From Candidatus Aminicenantes bacterium (GTDB lineage: Bacteria > Acidobacteriota > Aminicenantia > Aminicenantales > Saccharicenantaceae), in NCBI GenBank assembly GCA_963743205.1, contig CAVUOW010000010.1, forward strand, positions 11,379 through 75,378: a DNA stretch of 64,000 nt. Direction: 5' to 3'. The stretch's first letter is position 1; every line of letters begins with the position of its first letter. The position numbers and the translations under genes are program-made. Below, piece after piece: positions 60,811 to 64,000 of the stretch. The notes under the pieces are model-generated. The model worked only from the letters and a program-made list of their open reading frames with translations, was not told the DNA's origin and did no database searches.

Positions 60811-60876
60811 GATGGGAAGAAGAGCCTTTTTATTGTATAATTTTCTAAAGGGATTATTGGACCGGTAAAGGGATCC

Positions 60877-62119
60877 ATGAAACACGTTCTGAGGAGGACT
60901 ATTCCTGCCTTGGCCTGTCTGGGCCTCTTCTGCGGGGCGTTTGGCGTCCTCTTATCCCAGCAGCAACTTCAGGAAAAGACCCGTGCGGTCAACGTCGAGG
61001 TCCCCGTCCGTGTTTTCGAACGCGGAGAATTCGTCCCGGGGCTCACGGCGGGGGATTTCGAGGTCCTGGAGAACGGCGTCGCTCAAGAGGTGCTGGCCTG
61101 TTATTTCATCGAGGCCGGAAAGAAGGAAACGCCAGCCGGACCCATTCCGGAGGACCGATCCGCACCGACCCCGGTCCTTGCCAAGAACATTTATCCTGAT
61201 CTTCGAGATGAACTCCTTCGGAAAGGGCCCGCGGGATGCCTTGGATTACGTCGTCGGCCAGGCGCTCCAGAAAGACGATACTCTCCTTGTGGCCTCGCCG
61301 ATCCGGACCTATCGCATCGGCCCCGAATCGCCGTCTCGGCGGGACCCCGCGGCTTTAATGAAAGCCCTCAAGAACAGGCTTGCGGACGATATCGATGAAG
61401 CTTCGAGCGAGCTTCGGTTCTTGATCGCAGACTACCTGGCCGTCGCCGTAGGGGAGGAGGACGAGATCGCGGTCGGCCGCTTCGATACGTTAAAAGACCT
61501 CCTGCGTCGAATCAGTCAGTTCAAGACCGTCGACGAGAAACGGCTGACAGAAATGGCCAAGGCGTACGCCATGATCCCCGGCCAAAAGCACGTGCTCCTG
61601 TTCTTAGAAAAAGAAGACGCTCTGACGAGGCGCGTCCGCAGCGCCGGTCTGGACGCGGCCGATTGGGAGCTCTTCAAGATGGAGCTGGTGCGGGACGTCC
61701 GGTTCGATATCGATCGTCTGTCCCGGCTCTTCGGTCAGAACCAGTTGGACTTCAATTTCATCTTCATCACGAGCAGCGAAGCGCTCGAAACGAGCCTCCT
61801 CGAGGTCCATCCGAGCAACTGGGGAGATCTCGAGAAGGCCGATATCACCGGAGAATTCTTCTCGGTCTTCAGGAAGATCGCCCAGATGACCGGCGGGCTC
61901 ACGATCAGCTCAAAGAACCCGCTCGCGTCGACGAAAAAAACTATCGAGGTCGCCGACCGATACTATCTCCTGTATTATCAGCCGAAGAACGCGATGATGG
62001 ACGGGAGCTTCCGCGAGATCGAGGTGCGGGTGAAGGACCGGGACTATTCGATCTTTCACCGCAAGGGCTGGCTCGCCATCGATGCGGACCGGTCGAAGGC
62101 GCCCGGCCTCGCGCCCTAA
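60877..62119 (+). pseudogene. VWA-related exported protein (TIGR03436-like), one frame disruption
   Basis: Signal peptide and N-terminal module (AVNVEVPVRVFERGEFVPGLTAGDFEVLENGVAQEV) are in ORF 60877... The remainder (RTFILIFEMNSFGKGPRDALDYV...YYLLYYQPKN..FREIEVRVKDRDYSIFHRKGW) is in ORF 60941..62119. The shift lies near 61183 (gccAAgaac). Length is 3n+1. Confidence 0.75.
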
Positions 62120-62134
62120 CGGCGGCCGGCCGGC

Positions 62135-64000
62135 TCAATATTCTACTGAAACCGAATTCTCCCCCAGGGCGGCCTCGATCTTGGCGATGAGCTCCTCCGA
62201 GGGCGTCACCTTCTGGACCTCGGCACTCTGGGCCGTGAGACGGTAGGAGTGGGGCGTCTCGAGCTCGAACACGACCGGGCAGCGGCCCTCGTAGCCGTCG
62301 AGGATCGTCTTGAGCTCGGCCAGCGTCGCCTCTTCGAGGCCGGGGAGGAAGATGCGCACGACCAGCCTCTTCGCCTGCTTCTCGAAGGCCTCGATCAGCG
62401 GCATGGCCTGGCTCAGGCTGATGCGGCGGTTTTCCTCCTCGCCCATATACTTGCCCTTGATCCAGACGAGCTGTCCTTCCCGCAGGTACTGGCCGCACTT
62501 GCTGAAAGCCTCGGGGAAGGCCACGACCTCGATCTTGCCGGTCAGGTCCTCGAGGGCGAAGGTGGCCATCCGCTCGTCTTTCTTCGTCTTGAGCGGCTTG
62601 AGCGAGCCGATGATGCCGGCCAGGCGAACATCCTTGTCGAAGTCCCGCTCCGCGTCGAGCTCGGCGATGAGGTGGGAGACGAGCTTGCGCAGCCGGTCTT
62701 TGTGCCGGGCCAGGGGATGGCCGGTGATATAGAGCCCGAGGGCGTCCAGCTCGTAGGACAGGACGTGGGACTCGTCCCATTCCCGCATCTCGAGGACCTC
62801 CTGCGGGATGGGCGGCGGCTCGACGGCGCCCGAGCCGAAGAGGGAGCTCTGGCGGGCGACGTGCGCCCTCTGGACCTCGTGGCCGAAGTCGATCATCCGG
62901 TCGAGCATGTGATAGCTCTGCGACCGCTTCCAGCCGAGTGAGTCGAAGGCCCCGGCCTTGATCAGGCTCTCGACGGCCTTGCGGTTGACGACCTTGGTGT
63001 CGTGCTCGAGGAAAAGGTCGAAGGGCGACCGGAACCCGCCGGCCCTCTTGCGGGCCGCGACGAGCTCCTCGACGGCCGCCTGCCCGATCCCCTTGACGGC
63101 GGCCAGGCCGAAGCGGATGTTGCCGTCCTCGACCGTGAAGCGGAACTCGCTCTTGTTGATGTCGGGCGGCAGGACTTGGATGCCCATCTCGTGGCACTCG
63201 CCGATGTACTTGACGACCTGCGGCGTCGCGCCGCGCTCCGCTTCCGAGGTCAGCAGGGCGGCGAGATAGTGGATCGGGTAGTGGGCCTTGAGCCAGGCCG
63301 TCTGGTAGGCCAGGAGAGCATAAGCGGCGCTGTGGGACTTGTTAAATCCGTACTCGGCGAACTCCTTGATCTGCTCGAAGATCTTGTCGGCCTTGGCTGT
63401 GGCGACACCCTTCTTTTTGGCCCCCTGCATGAACTTCTGCTTCTGGGCCTTCATCGTCTCTTTGTCTTTTTTGCCCATGGCCTTGCGCAGGAGGTCGGCC
63501 CCGGCCAGGGTGAACCCGGCCAGGTCGGTGGCGATGCGCATGACCTGTTCCTGGTAGATGATGATGCCCCGCGTCTCCCGGAGGATGGGCTCGAGCTCGG
63601 CGAGCTCGTAGGCGATCCGGTCGGGGTGGTTCCGGCGGTGGATGGACTCGTCGGTCATGCCGCTCTTGAGCGGGCCGGGCCGGTAGAGGGCGTTGAGGGC
63701 GATGAGGTCGCGGAACTCGGTGGGCCGGAAGCGGCGCAGGAGGTCCTTCATGCCCGGGCTCTCGAACTGGAAGATACCGTCCGTGCTCCCTGACCGGAAG
63801 ACCTCGAAGGTCGCCTCGTCGTCGAGCGGCAGGTTGTTGATATCGATGACGATCCCGGTTTCAGCCCGGATGAGGGCCAGGGCGTCGTCGATGACCGTCA
63901 GGTTGCGAAGGCCCAGCAGGTCCATCTTCAGCAGGCCCAGGGCCTCGACGTCGCCCATGGGGAACTGGGTCGTGACCTCGCCCTTGACCGATTGGTAGAG
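62135..64000 (-). CDS. dnaE: DNA polymerase III alpha subunit, C-terminal part (5' end beyond window)
   Basis: The frame is open to the window edge (..LYQSVKGEVTTQFPMGDVEALGLLKMDLLGLRNLTVI..). HhH and OB-fold regions follow. Confidence 0.95.
   Translation of the reverse strand, partial: LYQSVKGEVTTQFPMGDVEALGLLKMDLLGLRNLTVIDDALALIRAETGIVIDINNLPLDDEATFEVFRSGSTDGIFQFESPGMKDLLRRFRPTEFRDLIALNALYRPGPLKSGMTDESIHRRNHPDRIAYELAELEPILRETRGIIIYQEQVMRIATDLAGFTLAGADLLRKAMGKKDKETMKAQKQKFMQGAKKKGVATAKADKIFEQIKEFAEYGFNKSHSAAYALLAYQTAWLKAHYPIHYLAALLTSEAERGATPQVVKYIGECHEMGIQVLPPDINKSEFRFTVEDGNIRFGLAAVKGIGQAAVEELVAARKRAGGFRSPFDLFLEHDTKVVNRKAVESLIKAGAFDSLGWKRSQSYHMLDRMIDFGHEVQRAHVARQSSLFGSGAVEPPPIPQEVLEMREWDESHVLSYELDALGLYITGHPLARHKDRLRKLVSHLIAELDAERDFDKDVRLAGIIGSLKPLKTKKDERMATFALEDLTGKIEVVAFPEAFSKCGQYLREGQLVWIKGKYMGEEENRRISLSQAMPLIEAFEKQAKRLVVRIFLPGLEEATLAELKTILDGYEGRCPVVFELETPHSYRLTAQSAEVQKVTPSEELIAKIEAALGENSVSVEY

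Noticed and set aside
60348-60876. Repeated sequence blocks checked as a possible CRISPR array.
   Set aside because: There are only two full units, in inverted rather than direct orientation. There are no regular spacers and no cas genes in the window.

Overview
Visibly GC-rich (not computed) bacterial chromosomal segment, densely coding: 57 protein-coding loci and one tRNA. I saw no rRNA, CRISPR array, transposase, island-type integrase or prophage. The content is mainly housekeeping. It includes dprA-topA-xerC, glmS, carAB, purF, rfbB-lptD and a split atpI-atpB-atpE module. A long minus-strand block runs tRNA-Val, thrS-infC-rpmI-rplT-pheS-pheT, zapB-like/zapA, rny, ymdB-like, xseA-xseB, dxs, tlyA, nadK, trxA. 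Further genes are a COG2403-like/arcC/argF operon, rnr, coaX-birA-valS, and dnaE running off the right edge. A TIGR03436-like VWA protein and a DUF1573 protein hint at an Acidobacteriota-like origin (inference only). Four points stand out. (1) A family of GC-rich structured repeats fills the three largest intergenic gaps (about 30.3 kb, 51.6 kb, 60.5-60.8 kb). Its core hairpin keeps pairing through compensatory substitutions; one copy is a 201-nt palindrome and two copies form a roughly 300-bp inverted dimer. (2) About 19 single-nucleotide frame disruptions occur in otherwise intact genes, including the essential pheS, rny and rnr. At least 11 of them cluster in an ECF sigma/anti-sigma/TonB-receptor module at 18.4-22.0 kb. 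Most look like assembly indels, so the frameshifted loci are called as single genes. (3) An orphan SelB C-terminal (SECIS-binding winged-helix) protein without a GTPase domain is translationally coupled to rnr. (4) A receiver-domain protein with Ser at the expected phospho-acceptor position is coupled to valS by an ATGA overlap. The many long Arg/Pro/Gly-rich ORFs in the six-frame track are treated as high-GC shadow frames.
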